A stretch of DNA of 64,000 nucleotides from Clostridia bacterium (lineage in GTDB: Bacteria; Bacillota; Clostridia; Oscillospirales; CAG-382): contig JAFSNK010000019.1 in the NCBI GenBank assembly GCA_017447445.1, forward strand, positions 10,079-74,078. Reading direction: 5' to 3'. This document shows, one piece after another, positions 8,243 to 16,684 of the stretch. Each line of letters begins with the position of its first letter. The stretch's first letter is position 1. The notes below the pieces were generated by a model. That model saw only the letters and a list, made by a program, of their open reading frames with translations. It was not told the DNA's origin and searched no databases. Made by a program: the position numbers and the translations under genes.

Positions 8243-9403
8243 TCAAAAGTAAAACGCCGTCTCGGGCGGGCGGATGTCCGTAAGCGCGCCGGTATAGTGG
8301 CGCAGGGTGTGCGGCTGATAGGGGTGTTTAAGGCACTCCTCCTCGTTAAGCGTTATGCCCAACCCGGGCTTCGCGGGGATATCCAGCATGCCGTCGTGAT
8401 AGTTCAGTTTTTCGTCGGTAACGAGCGAACGGTAGGTAACGTCGCTGTACATTATCTCCAGAATACTGAAGTTCAGACAGCAGGCGGCAAGCTGCAGAGT
8501 CGCGGCGTTCGCCACCGGACCGGAGGGGTTGTGCGGCGCGAAGGGGATGTAGTTCGCCTCCGCCAGCGCGGCGATCTTTTTAAGCTCCATAATGCCGCCG
8601 GCGTGCGATACGTCGGGCTGTATATAGTCTACCGCGTCCATCCGCAGCAGTTCCTTGAAGGGGCGCATGCCGTAAAGCCGTTCCCCCGCGGAGATCGCCA
8701 CCGGGGAATTGTCGCGCACACGTTTCAGCGCCGCCAGATCGTCCGGCGGGGTGGGTTCTTCGAAGAACATCGGCTTGAACTGCGCCAGCTCTTTGGCGAT
8801 CTTTATGCCCGTCGGCACGTCGAACCTGCCGTGCCCTTCTATAAGCAGGTCGACCTGCGGCCCTACCGCTTTTCTCACCTCGTCCACACAGCGCAGGGCT
8901 TTTTCGAGGTCGGCGTTGGATATCTCCAGAAAACTCTTGCCGAACGGATCCCACTTCATTGCGGTAACTCCGCGTTTAACGGCTTCGGCGGCTTTCGCGC
9001 CGAACTCCTCCGGCGTTTTCGCACCGGAGAACCAGCCGTTCACGTATATCCGCACGCTTTCGCGCATACGGCCGCCCAGCAGCTCGTAAACCGGAACGCC
9101 CAGCGCCTTGCCCTTGATGTCCCACAGGGCGCATTCAATGCCGGAGAGCGCGGACATAAGCACCGCGCCGCCGCGCCAGTAGGCGTCGCGGTAAAGGTCG
9201 TGAGTAAGCTGCTCTATCCGGCCCGCGTCCTTGCCCACCAGCGCTTCTTTCGCGTGCTCCACCGCGCCGATAAGCGCTTTTTCTTTATATTCCAGCGTGG
9301 CTTCGCCAACGCCGTCTATACCTTCGTCGGTATAGACCTTTATAAACACCCAGTTGGTGCGGAAGCAGTCCACCACGAACGTTTTTATATCGGTGATCTT
9401 CAT
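8243..9403 (-). CDS. enolase-superfamily acid-sugar dehydratase (galactonate/mannonate dehydratase family)
   Basis: MKITDIKTFVV...NWVFIKVYTDEGIDGVGEATLEY...ECALWDIKGKALGVPVYELLGG is the N-terminal capping domain plus barrel typical of the mandelate racemase/muconate-lactonizing family. Confidence 0.85.
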   Translation of the reverse strand: MKITDIKTFVVDCFRTNWVFIKVYTDEGIDGVGEATLEYKEKALIGAVEHAKEALVGKDAGRIEQLTHDLYRDAYWRGGAVLMSALSGIECALWDIKGKALGVPVYELLGGRMRESVRIYVNGWFSGAKTPEEFGAKAAEAVKRGVTAMKWDPFGKSFLEISNADLEKALRCVDEVRKAVGPQVDLLIEGHGRFDVPTGIKIAKELAQFKPMFFEEPTPPDDLAALKRVRDNSPVAISAGERLYGMRPFKELLRMDAVDYIQPDVSHAGGIMELKKIAALAEANYIPFAPHNPSGPVANAATLQLAACCLNFSILEIMYSDVTYRSLVTDEKLNYHDGMLDIPAKPGLGITLNEEECLKHPYQPHTLRHYTGALTDIRPPETAFYF

Positions 9404-9413
9404 TTTTATTACC

Positions 9414-10091
9414 TCATATTTCGTATTCGGTATAGTCGTTCATAACTTTTTTTACGGGGGAAACGAAGCTTTGCGGCGAAATATCGTCCAGCAGACCGTA
9501 GTGCACCGGGACGGCGTGCTTCGCACGGCACGCCGACGCAAGCCTGGCCGCGTCCCCGGCGTTCATGTTGTTGCCGCGGCCGTTTATCGGCAGGAACACG
9601 TAATCCGCGTCCGACGGCGCGGTATCGTCCTTCAAAGCCGCGGGGTTGTAAAGCGTGTCTCCGGTGATATATACTTTTTTGCCGTCCGCTTCCAGCACGA
9701 ACCCGACTGCGTACGGATCGGAATGAAAAGCCGTTACGGTCTTAACGGTAACGCCGCCGCAGGTCCACTGCACCCCGGGCGAAACGAGCACGCAGTTGTT
9801 CCCGCCGCCCTGCAGCCGCGCCTTTTCCCAGACGCTGCGCGGCGCAAGCACGGTCGCCGCGGTTTTTTCGTTCACAAAGCGCGAAAAAGTTCCGGGATCG
9901 TAATGGTCTGTATGGTCGTGCGTAATAAGCACGATATCCGGCTTTATATCCCATACCCAGTCCGGCGCTTCGCTTTTGCGGTGAACGCCGGAAACGGCGA
10001 ACGCGCTGTCGGTAAAATACGGATCGACAAGTATTTTTGCGCTTCCTGCCGCGAACAGCAGCCCCGCCTGGCCGAGCCGTGTGACCTTCAT
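9414..10091 (-). CDS. MBL-fold metallo-hydrolase (candidate lactonase)
   Basis: HxHxDH motif ITHDHTDHYD and N-terminal MKVTRLGQAGLLF...ILVDPYF. The gene overlaps the upstream SDR gene by 4 nt. Confidence 0.75.
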   Translation of the reverse strand: MKVTRLGQAGLLFAAGSAKILVDPYFTDSAFAVSGVHRKSEAPDWVWDIKPDIVLITHDHTDHYDPGTFSRFVNEKTAATVLAPRSVWEKARLQGGGNNCVLVSPGVQWTCGGVTVKTVTAFHSDPYAVGFVLEADGKKVYITGDTLYNPAALKDDTAPSDADYVFLPINGRGNNMNAGDAARLASACRAKHAVPVHYGLLDDISPQSFVSPVKKVMNDYTEYEI

Positions 10092-10840
10092 CTGAAGTTG
10101 GCGCCGCCGTTTACGTCAAGCGTCGCGCCGGTTACGTATTTCGCCTCGTCGCTGGCGAGATATACCGCCGCCGCGCCCACGTCCGCGGGTTCGCCCAGAC
10201 CGAGCGGAATGTTCGCGCCCAGCTCCTTAACGCCTTCCTCGCCGTGAGTCTGCACCAGCAGTTCGGTGGCGATAAGCCCGGGGGCTATGGCGTTCACGGT
10301 TATGCCCAGAGGCGCCGCCGTGCGCGCCATGGATTTAACGATGCCGATCTGCCCGGCTTTGGTGGCGGCGTAATGAACGTGCCCGAACAGCGCGCCGCGT
10401 TCCGCCACGACCGAGGAGATGAATATTATCCTGCCGGATCTCTGATCGCGCATTATCTCCATCGCGCGTTTGCTGCAAAGCATACCGGAGGTGAGGTTGG
10501 TCTTTATTATCCTGTCCCAGTCCGCCTTGTCCATTTCGAAAATATTTTTATCCTGCGAGGTGCCCGCGCAGTTCACAAGGATATCCAGTCTGCCGAATTC
10601 CGCGATTATCTTTTCGAACATCGCGGCGACCTGATCCTCCTCGCTCACGTCTGCTTTGCACACCAGCACGCGGACTCCAAGGGCGCGCGCGTCGGCAGCC
10701 GTCTTTTCCGCCGCCGCCACGTTCCCGGCGCAGTTGATCACCACGTCGGCACCCTGCTTTGCAAAAGCCAGCGCTATCCCGCGGCCTATCCCGCGTGAAG
10801 AGCCCGTTACCAGCGCGATCTTACCCGTTAAATCAAACAT
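10088..10840 (-). CDS. SDR-family NAD(P)-dependent oxidoreductase (FabG-like)
   Basis: TGSSRGIGRGIA cofactor motif and a YAATKAG catalytic Y-x3-K. I use the internal ATG at 10840, which follows a GGAGG site. Confidence 0.85.
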   Translation of the reverse strand: MFDLTGKIALVTGSSRGIGRGIALAFAKQGADVVINCAGNVAAAEKTAADARALGVRVLVCKADVSEEDQVAAMFEKIIAEFGRLDILVNCAGTSQDKNIFEMDKADWDRIIKTNLTSGMLCSKRAMEIMRDQRSGRIIFISSVVAERGALFGHVHYAATKAGQIGIVKSMARTAAPLGITVNAIAPGLIATELLVQTHGEEGVKELGANIPLGLGEPADVGAAAVYLASDEAKYVTGATLDVNGGANFR

Positions 10841-12798
10841 GTCTGTACCTCCTGAGGCTTCATTGTTATTTCTTTTCCGCAAAGCGCAAAGCTCTGCTCG
10901 GTTTGCGTGTCGTTCCACAGCGTGTATATCTTTTCGTCCCCGTTAGCGAAACAGCCGCTTTTTACCCCTTCGGGTATCGTTTCCGGCCTGTCGTAAACGT
11001 AGCGCCCCTCATAGAAGAACCTGCGGTATTTTTCCTTTTCGGCAAGCAGGGCGCCTATCTTTTCGCCCAGATCGGGCAGCTCGCCGATATCCGTCCTGCC
11101 GCGCCAGGGCGAAACGTCCAGCCGGAAGCCGTGTATATAGGCGTTTTTAAGCGCTTCGTCGGTCCCGGGCTTGTCGTCGTGAACAAAACGGTCGGTCTGT
11201 ATTATCTCCGGGAAGGTGCGCATGAACATCTCCGGGAAACAGCCGGGCACGTATACCGCGCCGACCTGTATGCCGTGTATGTAGTGCACGTAGGGCAGGC
11301 ACATATCGTTCACCATCTCGGTGCCTATGGCTTTGCCCTTCGGGCAGTTGGCGTAAAGCTTTTTGAACGCTTCCACGCGCCAGATCTCGCATTCGTCGGG
11401 CCGCGCGCCGTGGAAGTGGTTTTCGTTGAAGCAGGGAAGCGGCGCCGCGCCGCCGATCTGGTCGAAGAACGCGGAATCCGCGCCGTAGGCGAACTTCATA
11501 TCCTCGTGCTCGACAAGTATTCTTTGCCATTCGTCGTTCGCCGGGCAAGCCGTTACGAATGATTTGTATCCGAACGCGCGCAGGGTGTTGCCGTCGTTGC
11601 CGAACCGATAGTGGTCGCGGTAATCGTTGCCGTCGATGTCTATGCGGCAGACGTCCTTTCCCACGGTCCGGTAGTAATCGGTGTTCACGTCTATAAGCTG
11701 GCCGTTGGTGTAAAGCGCTGTGTATCCGCCCATCGCCTGCACTTCGGCAATGGCTTTTTTAAGCGCCTCCGCGCCGCCCAGACCGTCGTCCGGCTCGTAA
11801 ACCGGATATCCGTTGTCGAACCTGCCCTTCCACCAGCCGAAGACCATTATCATATTCAGTCCGCGCTCCGCGCCGGCTTTATATATCTTCGGCAGGTCGG
11901 CATAGCCGTAGTTCTTTTCGCCGAACTGGTGGCGCAGTATCACGCGCTGCCAGCCGGTAACGTTTTTGACCCATTCCGGGACCTCCGGCGCTTTGAACCA
12001 GTGCGAGCGCGCGTAATTGCCGTAAATATCCGAACCCTTCGTCCAGTCGCCCTCGCACAACGCGGTGAAACAGGGCGAGACCTCCGCGCATTCGCCTTTT
12101 TTAACGAACGGGAAGTGCGATATCGTGAACATAAACCGCGGCGCGGCCTTGCGCGGGGAAACTCCCGCCGCCATAGCGCAGACTTTAAGCTTGTCGTCGT
12201 GCCTGCCCATATAAAAGAACTTTCCGCCCGTTTCCAGTCCGAACCAGCTCATCGCCGCATCGCCGGGATAGCGCATCGTGTTCCATATAACGTGATTGTC
12301 GGAGGCGATGTATTCGGTGTGGCACACCTGCTTTATGCGCTCCCACGGGTTCCTGGTCTTCCAGCCGAGCCCGTTCGCTTGGTAAAGCACGTCGTCTTCG
12401 CGGTTTTCTCCGCAGCCGTGCGCAAGGTCGACGAACGGAAGCTGCAGCTCGTTCACACGCGCGTCCCCGCGGTTTTCGATCTCCGCGCGGAATTCGAACC
12501 CCGGGTAAGTCGAAACGCGTTTCGCGACGGTCACGGTGAGCTTCACGTCGAAAACGCGGCCGTTAACGCCTTTCAACGAATCGTAAACGACGGTTATCAC
12601 GTCGCCTTCGAGCGTTGCTTTGCCGCGCTGGCCGGAGGAATCCACGCGCATCTCGCGCTCGTAGCCGTCGTCCAGATAGGCGCGCCAGAAATCCGCCCCG
12701 GGGCTGACTTCCAAAGCCGTCCCCTCCGCGATCCAGCGGTGCGCGCCCGCGTCCTCGCTTATTTCAAAAACAAGATTTCCCGATCTGAGTGAGAGCAT
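10828..12798 (-). CDS. uncharacterised 656-aa protein, possibly a glycoside-hydrolase-like TIM-barrel (DUF-type)
   Basis: The ATG at 12798 follows AAGGAG. Segments such as MIMVFGWWKGRFDNGYPVYEPDDGLGG and GADSAFFDQIGG recall GH-like barrels. I cannot assign the family with certainty. Confidence 0.6.
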   Translation of the reverse strand: MLSLRSGNLVFEISEDAGAHRWIAEGTALEVSPGADFWRAYLDDGYEREMRVDSSGQRGKATLEGDVITVVYDSLKGVNGRVFDVKLTVTVAKRVSTYPGFEFRAEIENRGDARVNELQLPFVDLAHGCGENREDDVLYQANGLGWKTRNPWERIKQVCHTEYIASDNHVIWNTMRYPGDAAMSWFGLETGGKFFYMGRHDDKLKVCAMAAGVSPRKAAPRFMFTISHFPFVKKGECAEVSPCFTALCEGDWTKGSDIYGNYARSHWFKAPEVPEWVKNVTGWQRVILRHQFGEKNYGYADLPKIYKAGAERGLNMIMVFGWWKGRFDNGYPVYEPDDGLGGAEALKKAIAEVQAMGGYTALYTNGQLIDVNTDYYRTVGKDVCRIDIDGNDYRDHYRFGNDGNTLRAFGYKSFVTACPANDEWQRILVEHEDMKFAYGADSAFFDQIGGAAPLPCFNENHFHGARPDECEIWRVEAFKKLYANCPKGKAIGTEMVNDMCLPYVHYIHGIQVGAVYVPGCFPEMFMRTFPEIIQTDRFVHDDKPGTDEALKNAYIHGFRLDVSPWRGRTDIGELPDLGEKIGALLAEKEKYRRFFYEGRYVYDRPETIPEGVKSGCFANGDEKIYTLWNDTQTEQSFALCGKEITMKPQEVQTCLI

Positions 12799-12883
12799 AT
12801 CATTCTCCTTTAGGAAATTATGGTTCTTTTGTGATTCTACCACGAAAAAACGGCTTTTTCAACTTTTTTATAAAAAGATGTTG

Positions 12884-12912
12884 TTGACACGGAATAACTT
12901 TTGTGCGATAAT
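12884..12912 (+). promoter_or_regulatory. sigma-A promoter (TTGACA-17-GATAAT, extended -10 TG)
   Basis: TTGACA at 12884-12889 and TGcGATAAT ending at 12912, about 30 nt before the ribosome-binding site of gene 12944. Confidence 0.55.
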
Positions 12913-12943
12913 CGGCTCATAAGTATCAAAAAGGAGCGATTTT

Positions 12944-13969
12944 ATGAACTTTGAAAACAAATTCGCGCGGTTTATGCGCAATTCCGGTCCGGCGAGGTTC
13001 TTCGTCCCCGCGGGGCTCGTGTTTATTCTGGCGGGCGTACTGCTTTTATGCTTCGCCAGCGGCGATTATCTGGAGACCTCCGGCGTAGTCACCAAGGTCA
13101 CGGAGTCGGAAGGTTACGATACCGAGGGTCATCCGGAGACACTGTACGATATCGAGTTCACCTACAAGACCGCCGACGGCAGCGAATATTCCTCCTCGTT
13201 CCCGGGGATGAACGAAAAGAGATCGGTCGGCGACAAGATAAAGGTGTTTTACGATTCGAAAGAGCCCGAAAAGACCTCGAACACCAAATCCGGCAAGATC
13301 GTCGCCATAGCGGCGTTCGCGCTCGGCGCGGCGGCGCTCGCCTACGGCGTTTACGCCACGGTAAAGGCGTTCAAAAAGAGCAAGTCGCTCGGCAGCGCGT
13401 CTTTCCCCTCCGCCGCGTTCGATAACTACCGCGAAAACCCCGGGGTGAAGGAATACTACGTCCGCTTCGACGGACACGGGTTAAAGCCGGGGTATATAAT
13501 CGAGGACGCCGAAAGGAATGTACTCTTCGAGGGCAAGATGCTTAAAAACGCGCTCGTCGGCGCCCGCACCTACGAATTCAACGACCATCTCAACGGCAAG
13601 GTGACGCGGCACGAAGTCGGGCACACCGTTACGCAGAGGTATAACGACGAATTCTTCTCCGCCAAATCGTGGTTCAAGTTCGACGGCAAAAACGTCTGGG
13701 ACCTCCTGCACGAAAAGGGCTTCCGCATAAATAACAACGCCCGCAGCAAGTTCCCCTATATGGTCTACGAGATAGCCAAAGACGGTACGGCGTTCGCCCT
13801 GCTTGAATCAAGCGGGATGTACGTCCACGAGGACGAGGCGGAGCAGCACAAGTTCAACGTCCCCACCGGAAGCCATTTTTACCGCGTCTGGACGGCGACG
13901 GGCGACCTGCATTCGCTGTTCCTTAATATATTCGCGATCTCGGAAACCGAGCAGACTTTTGTGGAATAA
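12944..13969 (+). CDS. DUF3592-like membrane protein with a C-terminal beta-rich domain
   Basis: Layout is a TM helix (FFVPAGLVFILAGVLLLCF), a beta segment (GVVTKV...YDIEFTYKTADG...GDKIKVFYD) and a second TM helix (IVAIAAFALGAAALAYGVYA), typical of DUF3592. An unknown domain of about 190 aa follows. Confidence 0.7.
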   Translation: MNFENKFARFMRNSGPARFFVPAGLVFILAGVLLLCFASGDYLETSGVVTKVTESEGYDTEGHPETLYDIEFTYKTADGSEYSSSFPGMNEKRSVGDKIKVFYDSKEPEKTSNTKSGKIVAIAAFALGAAALAYGVYATVKAFKKSKSLGSASFPSAAFDNYRENPGVKEYYVRFDGHGLKPGYIIEDAERNVLFEGKMLKNALVGARTYEFNDHLNGKVTRHEVGHTVTQRYNDEFFSAKSWFKFDGKNVWDLLHEKGFRINNNARSKFPYMVYEIAKDGTAFALLESSGMYVHEDEAEQHKFNVPTGSHFYRVWTATGDLHSLFLNIFAISETEQTFVE

Positions 13970-14006
13970 ACCGAAAAAGCGGCGCGTAAAATAATACGCG
14001 ATCCTA

Positions 14007-14035
14007 TTGACAAACCGAAAAATCCGTGATATAAT
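14007..14035 (+). promoter_or_regulatory. consensus sigma-A promoter (TTGACA-17-TATAAT)
   Basis: TTGACA at 14007-14012 and TATAAT at 14030-14035, with TG two nt upstream of the -10. It drives the T-box leader. Confidence 0.7.
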
Positions 14036-14048
14036 CACGCACGATAAA

Positions 14049-14288
14049 GGCTTTGACAAGGACAAGGGGCAAAGCATAACCGGTTCCAGAGAGCCGCCGG
14101 GCGGTGCGAGGCGGTATCGGCGCTGCGCCTTATCACCTTCGAGCCGCGCGCCCGAAACGGGTTTTCGGATTAAGGCGCGCCGGAGTTTCCGCCGTAATAA
14201 AGGGAAGTGCGTCGCGTGCGCTGCAAATGAGTGGTATAATGAACGCTTTTGCGCTTCATCTCGTTGCGAGGTGAAGCGCTTGCTTTTT
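14049..14288 (+). promoter_or_regulatory. T-box riboswitch leader (apparent AUC/Ile specifier) with terminator/antiterminator
   Basis: - Stem I: AGAGAG bulge at 14088-14093 and a CCGCC/GGCGG distal hairpin with a GGUGCGA loop.
- Specifier: AUC-A at 14132-14135.
- Antiterminator: AAUGAG[UGGUAUA]AUGAACGC-UUUU-GCGCUUCAU-CUCGUU at 14226-14265.
- Competing terminator: 13-bp stem at 14251-14279 followed by UUGCUUUUU. Confidence 0.75.
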
Positions 14289-14335
14289 CAGGCGCCGCGG
14301 TTTCTGTTCCGGACAATCCGGGGAAAGGGCAAAAT

Positions 14336-16636
14336 ATGGATCAGCAGGTACAATTGATCGCCGCGCGTCTGCGCTGGGCGCGCGAGAATCTGGAGATCTC
14401 TCCGGCGGTAATGGCGGAGGCGAACGGAATAAGCGTGGAGGAATATCTGCGGCTGGAACGCGGCGAGGATGATTTTTCGTTCTCGTTCCTGTTCAAGTGC
14501 GCGAACACGCTGGGAATGGATATTTCCGAGCTCGTCTCCGGCGCGGATCCCAAACTGAACTTCTATAATTTAACGCGCGCGGGCGGCGGTATGCTTATAA
14601 AGCGCGACAAGGAGTTCGATTACCGCCACGTCGCTCCGCTTTTGAAAAACCGCAAGAGCGAGCCGTTTATCGTTACCGCCAAATACGATAAAGACATTCA
14701 GGACAAGCCGATGCACCTCGCCACCCACCGCGGGCAGGAGTTCGATATGATCCTTTCCGGGCGGCTCAAAGTGCAGTTAGGCGAACATACTTATACGATG
14801 TACCCTGGCGACACGGTTTATTACGACAGCTCGCATCCGCACGGTATGATCGCCGTCGGCGGCGAGGACTGCACCTTCCTTGCCGTGGTCTACAAGGAGG
14901 GGGACGACGATCCGACGGGCGAACCGCTGGACCATTCCGCCGCGCCGACTCTCCCCGTGAGCGCGGACGATTACTCCGGCAGGATATACAAGAATTTCGT
15001 AAGCGAGACGACCGACGAAAACGGGCGGCTTGCCGGGATAAGCTTCCGCTGCGCGGACAACTTCAATTTCGCCTACGACGTGGTGGACGCGCTTGCCGAA
15101 AAATGCCCGGACAAACGCGCGCTTCTGTGGGTGGGCAACAACGGCGAGGAACGCGAGTTCACCTTTAAGGATATGGCGCGTATGTCCAACAAGGCGGCGA
15201 ACTACCTTGCGATGCTCGGCATAAAGCGGGGCGACAAGGTGATGCTCGTGCTTAAACGCCACTGGCAGTTCTGGGTTTGCATACTCGCGCTGCATAAGCT
15301 CGGCGCGATAGCAGTCCCGGCGACGAACCAGCTTGTGGAGCACGATTTCGAATACCGCTTCAACGTGGGCGAGATAAGCGCGATAATCTGCACCGGGGAC
15401 GGCAGCACCGCCGCGGAGGCGGAGCGCGCCGCCGCGCGCTGTCCTTCGTTGAAATACAAGATAATGGCGCACGGGATGCGTACCGGATGGGCGGATTTCG
15501 ACGGCTCGTTCGACAGGTTCTCCTCCAAGCTGGAGCGCGTGAAGACGCATAAGAACGATCCTTCGGTCATGTTTTTCACCTCCGGCACGACGGGATATCC
15601 CAAGCTCGCGATGCACAGCTTTACCTACCCGCTGGGGCATATCGTCACCGCGCGCTGGTGGCACTGCGCCGATCCGGAGGGGCTTCACCTCACCGTGGCG
15701 GACACCGGATGGGGCAAGGCGCTGTGGGGCAAGCTTTACGGGCAGTGGATGTGCGAAGGCGCGGTGTTCGTCTATGACTTCGACCGCTTCGACGCCGAAA
15801 AGCTGCTCCCGATGTTCTCGCGCTACAACATAACCACCTTCTGCGCGCCGCCCACGGTCTACCGCTTCCTTATAAGGCAGGACCTTTCGCGGTTCGACCT
15901 TTCTTCCGTGAAATACGCCACAATAGCGGGCGAAGCGCTTAACCCGGAGGTGTTCAACAAGTTCTACGAGGCGACGGGAGTCAAGCTTATGGAATCCTTC
16001 GGCCAGACCGAAACCACGCTCGCCGTCGGCAACCTCTACGGCACCGACCCGAAGCCGGGTTCGATGGGCAAGCCCAGCCCCGCCTTCGACGTGGATATAG
16101 TGCGTGAGGACGGCACGCCCGTCGACATAGGCGAGACCGGAGAGATAGTTATTCGCTACGATCCCGAAAACCCGCCCGTCGGGCTGTTTATCGGGTACTA
16201 CAAGAACGAGGAAGCCACGCGCGAGGTCATGCACGACGGCTTCTACCACACCGGCGACACCGCCTGGCGCGACGAGGACGGGCATTTCTGGTACGTCGGC
16301 AGGGTGGACGACGTTATCAAGTCCAGCGGCTACCGCATAGGCCCGTTCGAGATCGAAAGCGTTATCATGGAGCTGCCCTACGTGCTTGAATGCGCGATAA
16401 CCGGCGTTCCGGACGAAACGCGCGGGCAGGTCGTGAAAGCGACGGTCGTGCTCACGAAGGGCAAGGAGCCGTCCGAGGAGCTTGTGAAAGAGATACAGAA
16501 CTACGTAAAAACGCACACCGCGCCCTATAAATACCCGCGCCGCGTTGAGTTCGTCGAAAGCCTGCCGAAGACTATCTCGGGCAAGATCCGCCGCGCGGAG
16601 ATACGCAAAACCGATTATTCGCGCGGAAATAATTGA
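14336..16636 (+). CDS. fusion protein: XRE-type HTH + cupin + medium-chain (ACSM/MACS-type) AMP-forming acyl-CoA synthetase, 766 aa
   Basis: - HTH: ISPAVMAEANGISVEEYLRLERGE.
- Cupin: GQEFDMILSGRLKVQLGEHTYTMYPGDTVYYDSSHPHGM.
- Adenylation motifs: FFTSGTTGYPK, FGQTETT, SSGYRIGPFEIES and SGKIRR.
- Start: ATG at 14336, because the track start at 14249 lies inside the terminator. Confidence 0.85.
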   Translation: MDQQVQLIAARLRWARENLEISPAVMAEANGISVEEYLRLERGEDDFSFSFLFKCANTLGMDISELVSGADPKLNFYNLTRAGGGMLIKRDKEFDYRHVAPLLKNRKSEPFIVTAKYDKDIQDKPMHLATHRGQEFDMILSGRLKVQLGEHTYTMYPGDTVYYDSSHPHGMIAVGGEDCTFLAVVYKEGDDDPTGEPLDHSAAPTLPVSADDYSGRIYKNFVSETTDENGRLAGISFRCADNFNFAYDVVDALAEKCPDKRALLWVGNNGEEREFTFKDMARMSNKAANYLAMLGIKRGDKVMLVLKRHWQFWVCILALHKLGAIAVPATNQLVEHDFEYRFNVGEISAIICTGDGSTAAEAERAAARCPSLKYKIMAHGMRTGWADFDGSFDRFSSKLERVKTHKNDPSVMFFTSGTTGYPKLAMHSFTYPLGHIVTARWWHCADPEGLHLTVADTGWGKALWGKLYGQWMCEGAVFVYDFDRFDAEKLLPMFSRYNITTFCAPPTVYRFLIRQDLSRFDLSSVKYATIAGEALNPEVFNKFYEATGVKLMESFGQTETTLAVGNLYGTDPKPGSMGKPSPAFDVDIVREDGTPVDIGETGEIVIRYDPENPPVGLFIGYYKNEEATREVMHDGFYHTGDTAWRDEDGHFWYVGRVDDVIKSSGYRIGPFEIESVIMELPYVLECAITGVPDETRGQVVKATVVLTKGKEPSEELVKEIQNYVKTHTAPYKYPRRVEFVESLPKTISGKIRRAEIRKTDYSRGNN

Positions 16637-16655
16637 AATTTTTTAAAAATTGCTC

Positions 16656-16684
16656 TTGATTTTTGGAATTTCGTGTGTTATAAT
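16656..16684 (+). promoter_or_regulatory. sigma-A promoter for rplS (TTGATT-17-TATAAT, extended -10)
   Basis: TTGATT at 16656-16661 and TGtTATAAT ending at 16684. It leaves a 5' UTR of about 70 nt, the position where L19 autoregulatory leaders occur in Firmicutes. I did not verify such a leader here. Confidence 0.65.

Noticed and set aside
14007-14357. 116-aa ORF, and the 14249 start of the long ORF, both lying over the leader region.
   Set aside because: The first begins at the TTG of the -35 hexamer and reads through the T-box structure. The 14249 TTG lies inside the terminator stem. The ATG at 14336 is the credible start.
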